This document shows positions 8,665 to 15,732 of a DNA stretch of 64,000 bases, in pieces. Location of the stretch: positions 62,001-126,000 of the IMG/VR virus record IMGVR_UViG_3300042519_004024, one strand, 5' to 3'. Position 1 is the stretch's first letter, and every line of letters begins with the position of its first letter. Made by a program: the position numbers and the translations under genes. The notes beneath the pieces were generated by a model. That model was not told where the DNA came from, made no database searches, and was given only the letters and a program-made list of their open reading frames with translations.

Positions 8665-8769
8665 CAACGACTCTTCAGCATTCTACTCCCCGCAAATACA
8701 TAAATGTAACACGAAATTGTATCTAATTTAACCCTACGTTGGCGGTACGGGTACTGAAGTTCATCGTTG
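8665..8769 (-). ncRNA. Structured ncRNA candidate between tRNA-Leu and a tRNA-like element
   Basis: Nested helices CAACGAT/GTCGTTG, CTTCAGTA/TGCTGAAG, CCCGTA/TGCGGG. Confidence 0.65.
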
Positions 8770-8854
8770 GTACTCGAAGAGGGACTCGAACCCTCACAAC
8801 CCACTGGTCAACAGAGCTTAAACCTGTCGTGTCTACCAATTCCACCATCCGAGC
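8768..8854 (-). tRNA. tRNA-Leu(TAA)
   Basis: Class II cloverleaf, ACAGG-TTTAAGC-TCTGT, encoded CCA. Confidence 0.93.
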
Positions 8855-8944
8855 ATTTTAAAGAGTTATTTTCTCTTTCTTACCATAAAGATAAACAAAA
8901 CAAATAATACAAATAATATTGGTGTCATAATTTTTTAATTTTTG

Positions 8945-9029
8945 TAGTCAGGACAGGAATCGAACCTGTACTAAACCTGGTATACACCATATTAAATTAG
9001 GAACGTGTTACCAATTACACCACCTGACT
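8945..9029 (-). ncRNA. tRNA-like RNA lacking a canonical anticodon arm
   Basis: Acceptor AGTCAGG/CCTGACT, D arm GTGT-AATTGGTA-ACAC, T arm ACAGG-TTCGATT-CCTGT; centre has TGGT-GTAT-ACCA hairpin. Confidence 0.75.
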
Positions 9030-9041
9030 ATTTTTATTGTG

Positions 9042-9113
9042 CGGTCCATCCGGGAATCGAACCCGAAGCATATCCGTGACAGGGATATATGTTAGCCGTT
9101 ACACCAATGGACC
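9042..9113 (-). tRNA. tRNA-Asp(GTC)
   Basis: TATCC-CTGTCAC-GGATA, G73. Confidence 0.95.
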
Positions 9114-9175
9114 AAAAAACCACATTACAAAACCATAAAGGTACAACTCCTGCGGTTGCGTTGTTCATCATATTG

Positions 9176-9247
9176 TAGTCCGTACGGGAATCGAACCCGT
9201 GACTCTGCCGTGAAAGGGCAGCGACTTAACCCCTTGTCGAACGGACC
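9176..9247 (-). tRNA. tRNA-Glu(TTC)
   Basis: CTGCC-CTTTCAC-GGCAG. Confidence 0.95.
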
Positions 9248-9263
9248 ATCTTATTTGGTATTA

Positions 9264-9295
9264 CAAAGATATGTAAACTGTTTCAATCTACCAAA
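9264..9295 (-). promoter_or_regulatory. Bacteroidota-type promoter for tRNA-Glu onward
   Basis: TTTG-N20-TATCTTTG. Confidence 0.8.
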
Positions 9296-9301
9296 TTTTT
9301 T

Positions 9302-9457
9302 TTACTTTTTTTTGTGGGACCCGCTCCCCACTCTAAACTTGTACTTCGTTCTATTAAGCGTTTTTTTCAGTTTTTTTAACCAATCAGTATTCGTGTTAGT
9401 TTTAACAAATTTAAATCTTCCTGATTCGCAAGTTCCTGATAAAACTTCTCTCATCAT
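9302..9457 (-). CDS. Putative 51-aa basic protein in tRNA array
   Basis: Hand translation MMREVLSGTCESGRFKFVKTNTNTDWLKKLKKTLNRTKYKFRVGSGSHKKK; fills a gap between tRNAs. Confidence 0.45.
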   Translation of the reverse strand: MMREVLSGTCESGRFKFVKTNTNTDWLKKLKKTLNRTKYKFRVGSGSHKKK

Positions 9458-9479
9458 TCATTTGTATTAATTGTTTATT

Positions 9480-9552
9480 TGGTGGACACTGTGGGAATCG
9501 AACCCATACGATCTGATTGCAAATCAGTCGACCTGCCGTCGGCATCAGGCCC
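9480..9552 (-). tRNA. tRNA-Ala(TGC), slightly atypical
   Basis: Loop TTTGCAA centred on TGC; G3:U70 and A73; encoded CCA; irregular acceptor/T junction. Confidence 0.8.
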
Positions 9553-9557
9553 ATTTG

Positions 9558-9629
9558 TGCGGGTAGAATGAATCGAACACTCATCTCCACATTGGAAGTG
9601 TGGAGTAATAACCATTATACGATACCCGC
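9558..9629 (-). tRNA. tRNA-Gly(TCC)
   Basis: CCACA-CTTCCAA-TGTGG. Confidence 0.93.
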
Positions 9630-9633
9630 AAAT

Positions 9634-9849
9634 TGTGACTACTCCGTTGGGATTTGTTTCGTCACTTTATCGTGAATGGGGTGATCAAACCCACTAACAT
9701 CACGGGTGTAAGTTTGTATGTCAAACTATCTCCACAAAACATTAGTTTTTATCTCTAAAACTAAAAAAACGACTTGACACCTTGTAACCCCCCTTTTAAG
9801 TGCGTGTTACCATCCTTTCTCAAGTAGAATATACTGCTTACACTCCCGT
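9634..9849 (-). ncRNA. Two-domain structured ncRNA candidate
   Basis: ACGGG(A)GTGTAAG/CTTACACCCGT closes 9702-9849; inner GTAAC/GTTAC and TAGTTTT/AAAACTA; second domain closed by GTGAT/GTCAC. Confidence 0.6.
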
Positions 9850-9929
9850 ACTGACGGTGGGATTCGAACCCACGTTTTAAACTTACCGCTACAGGCATAG
9901 ATGATATAAGCATCCACTGGTACATCAGC
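9849..9929 (-). ncRNA. tRNA-like RNA with rearranged D/anticodon region
   Basis: Acceptor GCTGATG/CGTCAGT; perfect T arm GTGGG-TTCGAAT-CCCAC; no normal D arm. Confidence 0.65.
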
Positions 9930-9935
9930 ATTTAG

Positions 9936-10007
9936 TTGCGGGGGCAGGATTCGAACCTGCGACCTACGGGTTATGAGCCCGCCGAGCTACCACTGCTCTA
10001 CCCCGCG
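9936..10007 (-). tRNA. tRNA-fMet(CAT)
   Basis: C1xA72 mismatch, GGG/CCC anticodon stem, loop CTCATAA. Confidence 0.95.
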
Positions 10008-10014
10008 ATATTTG

Positions 10015-10089
10015 TGGTGAGGGAATGGAATCGAACCATCGGCACAAGAGTTTTCTGTCTCCTTGCTCTACCTACTGAGCTACCGCACC
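10015..10089 (-). ncRNA. Aberrant tRNA-Phe-like RNA (8-nt anticodon loop)
   Basis: Phe-like body; stem AGGAG/CTCTT with loop ACAGAAAA; extra base and mismatch in acceptor stem. Confidence 0.7.
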
Positions 10090-10090
10090 A

Positions 10091-10275
10091 TAATTTGTGA
10101 TTTAGTAGTTGACTCACACTCTCGTTTCACCATCTTGAGCCAACAGGTTAATGTACTTTACGAGTTTCCCGTTTCTTACAACCACAATATTTTAAAATCA
10201 CTTTCGCCCCCTGTATAGACATACGTCAGATGCTTAAGGTCAGCCTTAACTATTAAGGGAGCCACCCGTGATTTT
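10091..10275 (-). ncRNA. Two structured RNA domains in the leader of tRNA array A
   Basis: AATCAC/GTGATT closing with TTAAGG-CTGA-CCTTAA; TTGTGGTT/AATCACAA closing with GTTGGCTCA/TGAGTCAAC. Confidence 0.55.
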
Positions 10276-10360
10276 TATTTTTAATATTTCAATGAACTTC
10301 TTCTTTCTTCACGGGAGTAGGACACCAACCTCTAACTTCCTACCCCCGTTCTCTGTCTTA

Positions 10361-10392
10361 CAAAGATATGTAATCTATTTTAATTTGCCAAA
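10361..10392 (-). promoter_or_regulatory. Bacteroidota-type promoter of tRNA array A
   Basis: TTTG-N20-TATCTTTG, followed by a 12-bp hairpin at about 10311-10349. Confidence 0.8.
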
Positions 10393-10400
10393 TCTTTTTT

Positions 10401-10748
10401 TTATTTTTTTATAAAGTACTCTTCAACTACGAATTTTCTTCCTTCTTTTTTTAGTACTCCAACAAAATCATCTTCGTGATGAATACCACAATAAAAACCT
10501 GAACCATCATGCCACAAACCACGTTTATTGTTTTTGTAAACGTTTTCACCATCAAACGTGATGTAATCAGGTTGGAATTCCTTTGTAAGGTTTGCCGCTC
10601 TAATCATTTCACGATTTTCAGAAGGGGTATAACTCCCACCAAAATCACTTTTGCAAAGAAACGTCGCCTTTCCAACCACAACTTTCTCTCCGTTGAGTGT
10701 TGCGTTTTTATCAAATTTTTTCTTGTAAGTGTAGATATAAACTCCCAT
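10401..10748 (-). CDS. Hypothetical early protein
   Basis: ATG 10748 preferred because promoter TTTG-N19-TATCTTTG (10765-10795) lies inside the longer ORF. Confidence 0.75.
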   Translation of the reverse strand: MGVYIYTYKKKFDKNATLNGEKVVVGKATFLCKSDFGGSYTPSENREMIRAANLTKEFQPDYITFDGENVYKNNKRGLWHDGSGFYCGIHHEDDFVGVLKKEGRKFVVEEYFIKK

Positions 10749-10833
10749 ATGTTTTTTATTTCTACAAAGATATGTAATCACTTTTGATTTGCAAAATCTT
10801 TTTTAAACTTTTTTTACCAATATGTCAAAGAAC

Positions 10834-10863
10834 AAAAAAACCCACCTCTTTTGGAGATGGGTT
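10834..10863 (-). terminator. Intrinsic terminator / possible attenuator 3:4 hairpin
   Basis: ACCCATCTC-CAAAA-GAGGTGGGT plus T-run. Confidence 0.8.
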
Positions 10864-10888
10864 TCAAAATTTATTATGTATTAAATTA

Positions 10889-10963
10889 TCATACCATCTC
10901 CTTATAGGAACGATCCTCAGCTATCACCAATCCGCCTAATAATATGATATGTAAATTTTTCAT
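10889..10963 (-). CDS. Putative 24-aa leader peptide
   Basis: Hand translation MKNLHIILLGGLVIAEDRSYKEMV; late motif at 10986-10992; 3' end complementary to terminator 5' arm. Confidence 0.55.
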   Translation of the reverse strand: MKNLHIILLGGLVIAEDRSYKEMV

Positions 10964-11022
10964 TTGCGTTTTTATTTGTTTTGTTATAAATATATGATAC
11001 TTTTTAAAAGTGTCAAGTTTTT

Positions 11023-11346
11023 TTAATATTTTCTTCTTGAGTATTTAAAATTTCCGTGTCTCTTTTTGTATGCGTCATAAAATGTTCTACCATACTTTTC
11101 GTCACCAAATAATCTTTTTTTAATGTCTTCAGGTATGTCTTCAAAATTTTCTACTTCACTATATGGATCATAATCAAATTCGTAATAACCAGTATCTTCT
11201 AAGTCCTTATCAAAATATGTGTGCTCACCTTCATCATCAACCCAATGATCAGTATCGCCAAACTTTGCTCTATACTTAGATTCTTTAATGACTTTATTAA
11301 CAATTCTAACTAAATCTGATTCTGTTAGTCTTATAATTTTTTTCAT
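11023..11346 (-). CDS. LTESDL-leader family protein
   Basis: MKKIIRLTESDLVRIVNKVIKES. Confidence 0.85.
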   Translation of the reverse strand: MKKIIRLTESDLVRIVNKVIKESKYRAKFGDTDHWVDDEGEHTYFDKDLEDTGYYEFDYDPYSEVENFEDIPEDIKKRLFGDEKYGRTFYDAYKKRHGNFKYSRRKY

Positions 11347-11355
11347 AATAATCTA

Positions 11356-11868
11356 TTAATATCCATGTTTTTTTGGGTACATTATATGTTCTAAATGAGA
11401 AGTATATTCAAAAGTTAAAACATCAAGTACGTCATTAATTCCATTTTTCATTTTTGAATCCTCTTCAAGTGAGTTATATTCATTTTCATAATAACTTATT
11501 AATTCTTCAAAAAGTTTTCCAATCATATTAATATTTGTTTTCCACAACGTCTTCCATTCTTCTTTTTCGTATTGTGAAAGTTCGTCATATTCAATTTCAT
11601 CATTAAATCTTTTTGATGGTCTTCTAGTGAATTTAGACATGTTTCTTTTTCTCCATAAATCATAATCGTGTTGAATGTCTCCATAACGTAAATAATTTCC
11701 TGGGATATTTTTTTCTATAAGGTAATTATTAAACAAATCTATTAACTCCGTTTTAAATTTTTCAATTTCTTCAGGTGTGATTACTTTATAAATTTCAGAT
11801 ATATTATTTTCTTTAATTACTCGTCTAACAATTCTCGCTAGATCGGATTCTGTAAGTCTATTTCTCAT
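11356..11868 (-). CDS. LTESDL-leader family protein
   Basis: MRNRLTESDLARIVRRVIKEN. Confidence 0.85.
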   Translation of the reverse strand: MRNRLTESDLARIVRRVIKENNISEIYKVITPEEIEKFKTELIDLFNNYLIEKNIPGNYLRYGDIQHDYDLWRKRNMSKFTRRPSKRFNDEIEYDELSQYEKEEWKTLWKTNINMIGKLFEELISYYENEYNSLEEDSKMKNGINDVLDVLTFEYTSHLEHIMYPKKHGY

Positions 11869-11882
11869 TTTTATATTTTTTA

Positions 11883-12497
11883 TTATGCATATTCTTCATC
11901 GTCAAAGTCCTCATACTCATCAAATGGGTCCTCACGCCTTTTTGTTATTATCGTCCCTTCACCATCTATTTTACCACCAGTCCCGAATACGTCTTTTGGT
12001 AATTTTCTATACTTTTCAGGTTTATAATCTTCAGGATATCTTTTTTTTTGTATAAAGTCATCCCAACCTTCACCTAATTCTTCATCTCTTCCTTTTGTTT
12101 TTGCAAATGCTTTTTTCAAATCATTAACTGAGTGTCCTCCAATCGCATCGTATGGTTCGTCCTCATCAACTTTATAGAAACCTTCTTTTTCCATTAAGTA
12201 TTCAATATCGTTAGGCAAATCACCATAACCTTCATCACGTAAAGCCATAACAATATCAAATTCACTCATCAAATTAAGGTCGTGTATATCATATTCACAT
12301 TCATTTTCAAGTATATCTCTTGCCTGTTCAATTAAATCTTGAAGTCTTTCCTCACCTCTATCGGTTTGTCCCCACTCTTCATCATCACTATAGTATGGAT
12401 CATACATACTTCTATCTTTATAGTCGTCGTTTTCTTTAATTACCCGTCTAACAATTCTTGCTAAATCTGATTCTGTTAGTCTTATTATTCTTTTCAT
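11883..12497 (-). CDS. LTESDL-leader family protein, acidic
   Basis: MKRIIRLTESDLARIVRRVIKEN. Confidence 0.85.
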   Translation of the reverse strand: MKRIIRLTESDLARIVRRVIKENDDYKDRSMYDPYYSDDEEWGQTDRGEERLQDLIEQARDILENECEYDIHDLNLMSEFDIVMALRDEGYGDLPNDIEYLMEKEGFYKVDEDEPYDAIGGHSVNDLKKAFAKTKGRDEELGEGWDDFIQKKRYPEDYKPEKYRKLPKDVFGTGGKIDGEGTIITKRREDPFDEYEDFDDEEYA

Positions 12498-12499
12498 TA

Positions 12500-13033
12500 T
12501 TATCTGTTGTTTCTACTTTTATCGGACTTTCCGTAATGGTGTCCTGATTGGTATTTATCATAACCTTTTCTTTTAAACCAAGCGGCGTCTCTAAGAGTAT
12601 TACTCGCTAAAGCATAAACGCCTAAAGCAGCAGCAATTCCCCCACTTATAAACATCGCTGCCGGAACAATTGCTAATGCCGCACCAACTGAACTATAGCC
12701 AATAATTTTATCAATAATACTTCTTATTTCATATTCATTATCACCCATTTCATTTTCATCCTCTTCCGTCAATACAGACTCCAAAGAATCTTTAACTATT
12801 GATTGTAAAGATTCAATACCGTTACTTTCTATAAAATCACGTAACATATCTTGCTCTTCAGGACTCAATTGTTCTGTAGCCTCTTTACTACTTTGTTCCA
12901 ATTCCATTTTTGAAAAATCGACATCCGATTCCATATCTTCAGATTGTGAAATCCATTCTTCTTCGTTTTCTTTAATCACTCGTCTAACAATTCTTGCTAG
13001 ATCAGATTCTGTAAGTCTTATAATTTTTTTCAT
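12500..13033 (-). CDS. LTESDL-leader family protein with hydrophobic hairpin
   Basis: MKKIIRLTESDLARIVRRVIKEN; hydrophobic SSVGAALAIVPAAMFISGGIAAALGVYALA. Confidence 0.85.
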   Translation of the reverse strand: MKKIIRLTESDLARIVRRVIKENEEEWISQSEDMESDVDFSKMELEQSSKEATEQLSPEEQDMLRDFIESNGIESLQSIVKDSLESVLTEEDENEMGDNEYEIRSIIDKIIGYSSVGAALAIVPAAMFISGGIAAALGVYALASNTLRDAAWFKRKGYDKYQSGHHYGKSDKSRNNR

Positions 13034-13063
13034 TATTTTTTTATTTATAAATACTTTGTTATT

Positions 13064-14020
13064 TTAAAAACCAAAGTTTAATCTTAAATCGTCTAATTTA
13101 ATTACCTCGGTAACTTCAACAAAATTATCTTCCATACCAACACTATCTCTTCTATCCTCCATTGTCATCTCATCATCTTCAATATATCTTACATGAATTT
13201 CAAGATTAAATGGAACAATTTCTTCATTTGATTCAATTTCATTAAAATCTTCCACTGAAAAATATTTACCTTCGTATTGACTGAACCCATCTCCAATCAT
13301 TATGTTGAAACTTTTTCTTATATTATACCTGTAATCGTCAGTTTCAACTTCTCCATTTCCATCACAATTACTACAAGTACTTGATCCATACCCATCACAC
13401 CATCCACATTCTTCATCTCCAGCACCTTCACATGATGGACATTCAAAATTACCTGTCCCACCACAATCACTACATCTATCTTCACCGGTTCCATCACAAT
13501 GAACACACTCTACCTCCACTTCAACCTCATCACCTTCATCATCTTCTTCAGTATCGGTTTCACTTCCTCTACCATCACAATAACGACATTCTTCATTACC
13601 TGATCCATCACAAGTATCACAATCTATAGTTGTTTCTCCATCACAACTACGACATTCTCGTCTACCTGACCCATCACAGTGTTCACATTGTTCATCACCT
13701 GAACCGTAACAGTAATCACATTCATTTTTAATTACTTCAGTGTCTTCATACAATTCAATAACTGCAACGTATAGGTTCATTATTATTCCTTCCATTGCAA
13801 CAGGATCCATTTTTCTATTTAAAATAAAATATGTCATAACACATACTTTAATTCTTTCTTGTGTGGAATTGACTTTTGATAATAATAATTCGGCTAAATG
13901 ATCACTTTTTATGATATTTATTATTTTTGAAATACCGATAAATACGTTTCCGTATTCGGTTTTCATTAAATTAGCTAAATTATTAGCTATTGAGTATAAT
14001 TTTTTAAATTCAGGTGACAT
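13064..14020 (-). CDS. Protein with ten CxxCxGxG zinc-finger repeats
   Basis: Ten motifs at 11-aa spacing, 5+5 around an acidic loop; no J domain. Confidence 0.85.
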   Translation of the reverse strand: MSPEFKKLYSIANNLANLMKTEYGNVFIGISKIINIIKSDHLAELLLSKVNSTQERIKVCVMTYFILNRKMDPVAMEGIIMNLYVAVIELYEDTEVIKNECDYCYGSGDEQCEHCDGSGRRECRSCDGETTIDCDTCDGSGNEECRYCDGRGSETDTEEDDEGDEVEVEVECVHCDGTGEDRCSDCGGTGNFECPSCEGAGDEECGWCDGYGSSTCSNCDGNGEVETDDYRYNIRKSFNIMIGDGFSQYEGKYFSVEDFNEIESNEEIVPFNLEIHVRYIEDDEMTMEDRRDSVGMEDNFVEVTEVIKLDDLRLNFGF

Positions 14021-14054
14021 ATAGTATAAATATTAAAATACTATAAAATGTACA

Positions 14055-14372
14055 CTATATTAATTTAATAAGGTCCGTTGGGTAAACTTTTTTTAGTTGG
14101 ATGTCGTATGTTTTTATAAACCAATCTAAAAGTAGGCTATCGGTTTCATAATCAAAAAATGACTTTAATTCATTATATAATTTTAAAGGACAATTTAAAT
14201 CGTCTCCGTAACCAATATGATTAAAATAAAAAAACACAAATTGTTTTTTGTTTTTTGTGTCAACTAAATAAAAGGCAATGAAATCTCCATCACATTTGTG
14301 AAGTAGTTTGAGTTTATTTAACTCAGGTAAAAACATATTAATATAATCTGAAAAAGACTTCTCTAAACTCAT
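14055..14372 (-). CDS. Hypothetical protein
   Basis: ATG 14372 overlaps upstream TGA (ATGA). Confidence 0.65.
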   Translation of the reverse strand: MSLEKSFSDYINMFLPELNKLKLLHKCDGDFIAFYLVDTKNKKQFVFFYFNHIGYGDDLNCPLKLYNELKSFFDYETDSLLLDWFIKTYDIQLKKVYPTDLIKLI

Positions 14373-14674
14373 AACTCTTGTACTTGAATCATAATCCAAT
14401 CAACTTCACCTTCAGTTAGGTTACCAAGTACGTCTTCAGTTATATGAGTATTGTATGTAATTTCCCATTCATTTTCATTTCCATGCAGCACGGCAACTTC
14501 CCATTCATTTTCATCTGAAGTATATGACGCATACCTAAACCCTTTTTCAGATATAGGACTTGGTATTTTAAACCTTACAACAGATAATCCATATCCATTA
14601 GGAAAAAATATTAATCCGTGTTGCCCATCAAATGTTGGGTGTGGTTTAAATACAATATCCTTAAATGATTTCAT
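14369..14674 (-). CDS. Hypothetical phage protein
   Basis: ORF track; TAATG coupling to upstream small ORF. Confidence 0.75.
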   Translation of the reverse strand: MKSFKDIVFKPHPTFDGQHGLIFFPNGYGLSVVRFKIPSPISEKGFRYASYTSDENEWEVAVLHGNENEWEITYNTHITEDVLGNLTEGEVDWIMIQVQEL

Positions 14675-14826
14675 TACGCGAAAGTTTTTTTATGTTTTGT
14701 TTTTCTAGTATAAAGGTTTTTTGGTTTTTCAACACGAGCAACAAATCTACCATCAAAAAATCCCGCATCTAATTGATCTTTTCTGATTTGAGTTCTTTTT
14801 ACTTTATGTTGATCGTACGTCTTCAT
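14674..14826 (-). CDS. ArfA-like ribosome-rescue factor candidate, 50 aa
   Basis: Hand translation MKTYDQHKVKRTQIRKDQLDAGFFDGRFVARVEKPKNLYTRKTKHKKTFA; promoter 14842-14872; TAATG coupling. Not in ORF track. Confidence 0.55.
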   Translation of the reverse strand: MKTYDQHKVKRTQIRKDQLDAGFFDGRFVARVEKPKNLYTRKTKHKKTFA

Positions 14827-14841
14827 CTCATTTATTTTTTA

Positions 14842-14872
14842 CAAAGATATAAATATTTTATTATATACCAAA
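14842..14872 (-). promoter_or_regulatory. Bacteroidota-type promoter
   Basis: TTTG-N19-TATCTTTG. Confidence 0.8.
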
Positions 14873-14879
14873 TTTTTTG

Positions 14880-14953
14880 TACCTCCGGCAGGACTCGAAC
14901 CTGCAAAATTCACTTTCTAAGAGTGACGTGTATACCTATTCCACCACGAAGGC
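14880..14953 (-). tRNA. tRNA-Leu(TAG) with short variable loop
   Basis: TCACT-CTTAGAA-AGTGA, A73; variable region only ATTTT. Confidence 0.88.
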
Positions 14954-14964
14954 ATTTATTTATG

Positions 14965-15036
14965 AGCTCAGGGAGGGATTCGAACCCACATACTACGGTT
15001 TTGCAGACCGAGACTTTACCAATCAGACACCTGAGC
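14965..15036 (-). tRNA. tRNA-Cys(GCA)
   Basis: TCGGT-CTGCAAA-ACCGT, U73. Confidence 0.9.
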
Positions 15037-15038
15037 AA

Positions 15039-15494
15039 TTAACGGCAGTGATGGTCTGCCGCTCTTGTTGCAATTTGATTGTCAGGTTTAATATTTGCTT
15101 TATAACCTAACGACGTTGCCCACCCAACAACGGGTTGTACAAGTTTTGAACTAAAGTGTTTTTCTTCACAGTTATAATCCAAATCTATTTCAACCTTAAC
15201 TTTTACTTTTTGAGTTAACCATTCGGCAACCTCGATTGAATAATCAGCTTCATTCCAAAGACGTGTCCATTTGTCTTTTATTTTTTTCACTTTTTGTTTG
15301 TGTAGGATGTAGTGAACACCTCTGTTTCCGTATCTGTATGCTATCACTGTAACATATACGGTACTTCTTCTATGGTTTTGTGAATCCGTTCCAATATGTA
15401 TTTCAGCCCATGGACATTCCTTTAAAACATCTAAGGTGTGTTTTACCACATCAGGGATTGCTTCACCATTAATTGTTCTAAATACTCTGTTCAT
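15039..15494 (-). CDS. RNase H-like YkuK-family protein
   Basis: IHIGTDSQ, RLWNEAD, EIDLDYN, ATRAAD acidic motifs. Confidence 0.85.
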   Translation of the reverse strand: MNRVFRTINGEAIPDVVKHTLDVLKECPWAEIHIGTDSQNHRRSTVYVTVIAYRYGNRGVHYILHKQKVKKIKDKWTRLWNEADYSIEVAEWLTQKVKVKVEIDLDYNCEEKHFSSKLVQPVVGWATSLGYKANIKPDNQIATRAADHHCR

Positions 15495-15505
15495 TATTTC
15501 TACTT

Positions 15506-15643
15506 TTATTTACTTATCAAAAAATAAGTAATAAGAATTTGAGCAATCACGGCAATTATTCTTGCTATTGTTCTTGCTAATGTCATTCGATTTTTCCAAC
15601 CTTCCAACCTTTCTTCAAATGTTGGTTTAACATTTTCATCCAT
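15506..15643 (-). CDS. Small membrane protein, 45 aa
   Basis: MDENVKPTFEERLEGWKNRMTLARTIARIIAVIAQILITYFLISK; start moved to ATG 15643 to avoid tRNA-Phe. Confidence 0.6.
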   Translation of the reverse strand: MDENVKPTFEERLEGWKNRMTLARTIARIIAVIAQILITYFLISK

Positions 15644-15656
15644 ACTATTTTTTTTG

Positions 15657-15732
15657 TGGAACCATAGGGAGTCGAACCCTAACCTCTGGATTTTCAGTCC
15701 AGCGTGACACACCACACTTACACCATAGTTCC
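15657..15732 (-). tRNA. tRNA-Phe(GAA)
   Basis: CTGGA-CTGAAAA-TCCAG. Confidence 0.92.

Larger units (their letters stand above)
11805..13033 (-). repeat. Near-identical ~65-nt leader-coding repeats
   Basis: Copies at about 11805-11868, 12430-12497, 12965-13033; looser copies at about 11280-11346 and 57060-57126. Confidence 0.85.

Noticed and set aside
8862-8928. 20-aa micro-ORF MTPILFVLFVLFIFMVRKRK in tRNA array A
   Set aside because: Too short and low-complexity to distinguish from chance without ribosome profiling.
9480-9552. tRNA-Cys reading of the TTTGCAA loop
   Set aside because: Pairing centres the loop on TGC; G3:U70 and A73 indicate Ala; a true Cys is at 14965.
9634-9700. Hammerhead ribozyme (CGAAAC present)
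   Set aside because: No CUGAUGA core or NUH site in register.
9849-9929. tmRNA
   Set aside because: Only 81 nt between acceptor strands; no tag ORF or pseudoknot domain.
13381-13629. His-rich plus-strand ORF
   Set aside because: Antisense artefact of TGT/GAT/GGT-rich zinc-finger codons.
13064-14020. Second dnaJ gene
   Set aside because: No J domain, HPD or C-terminal domain.
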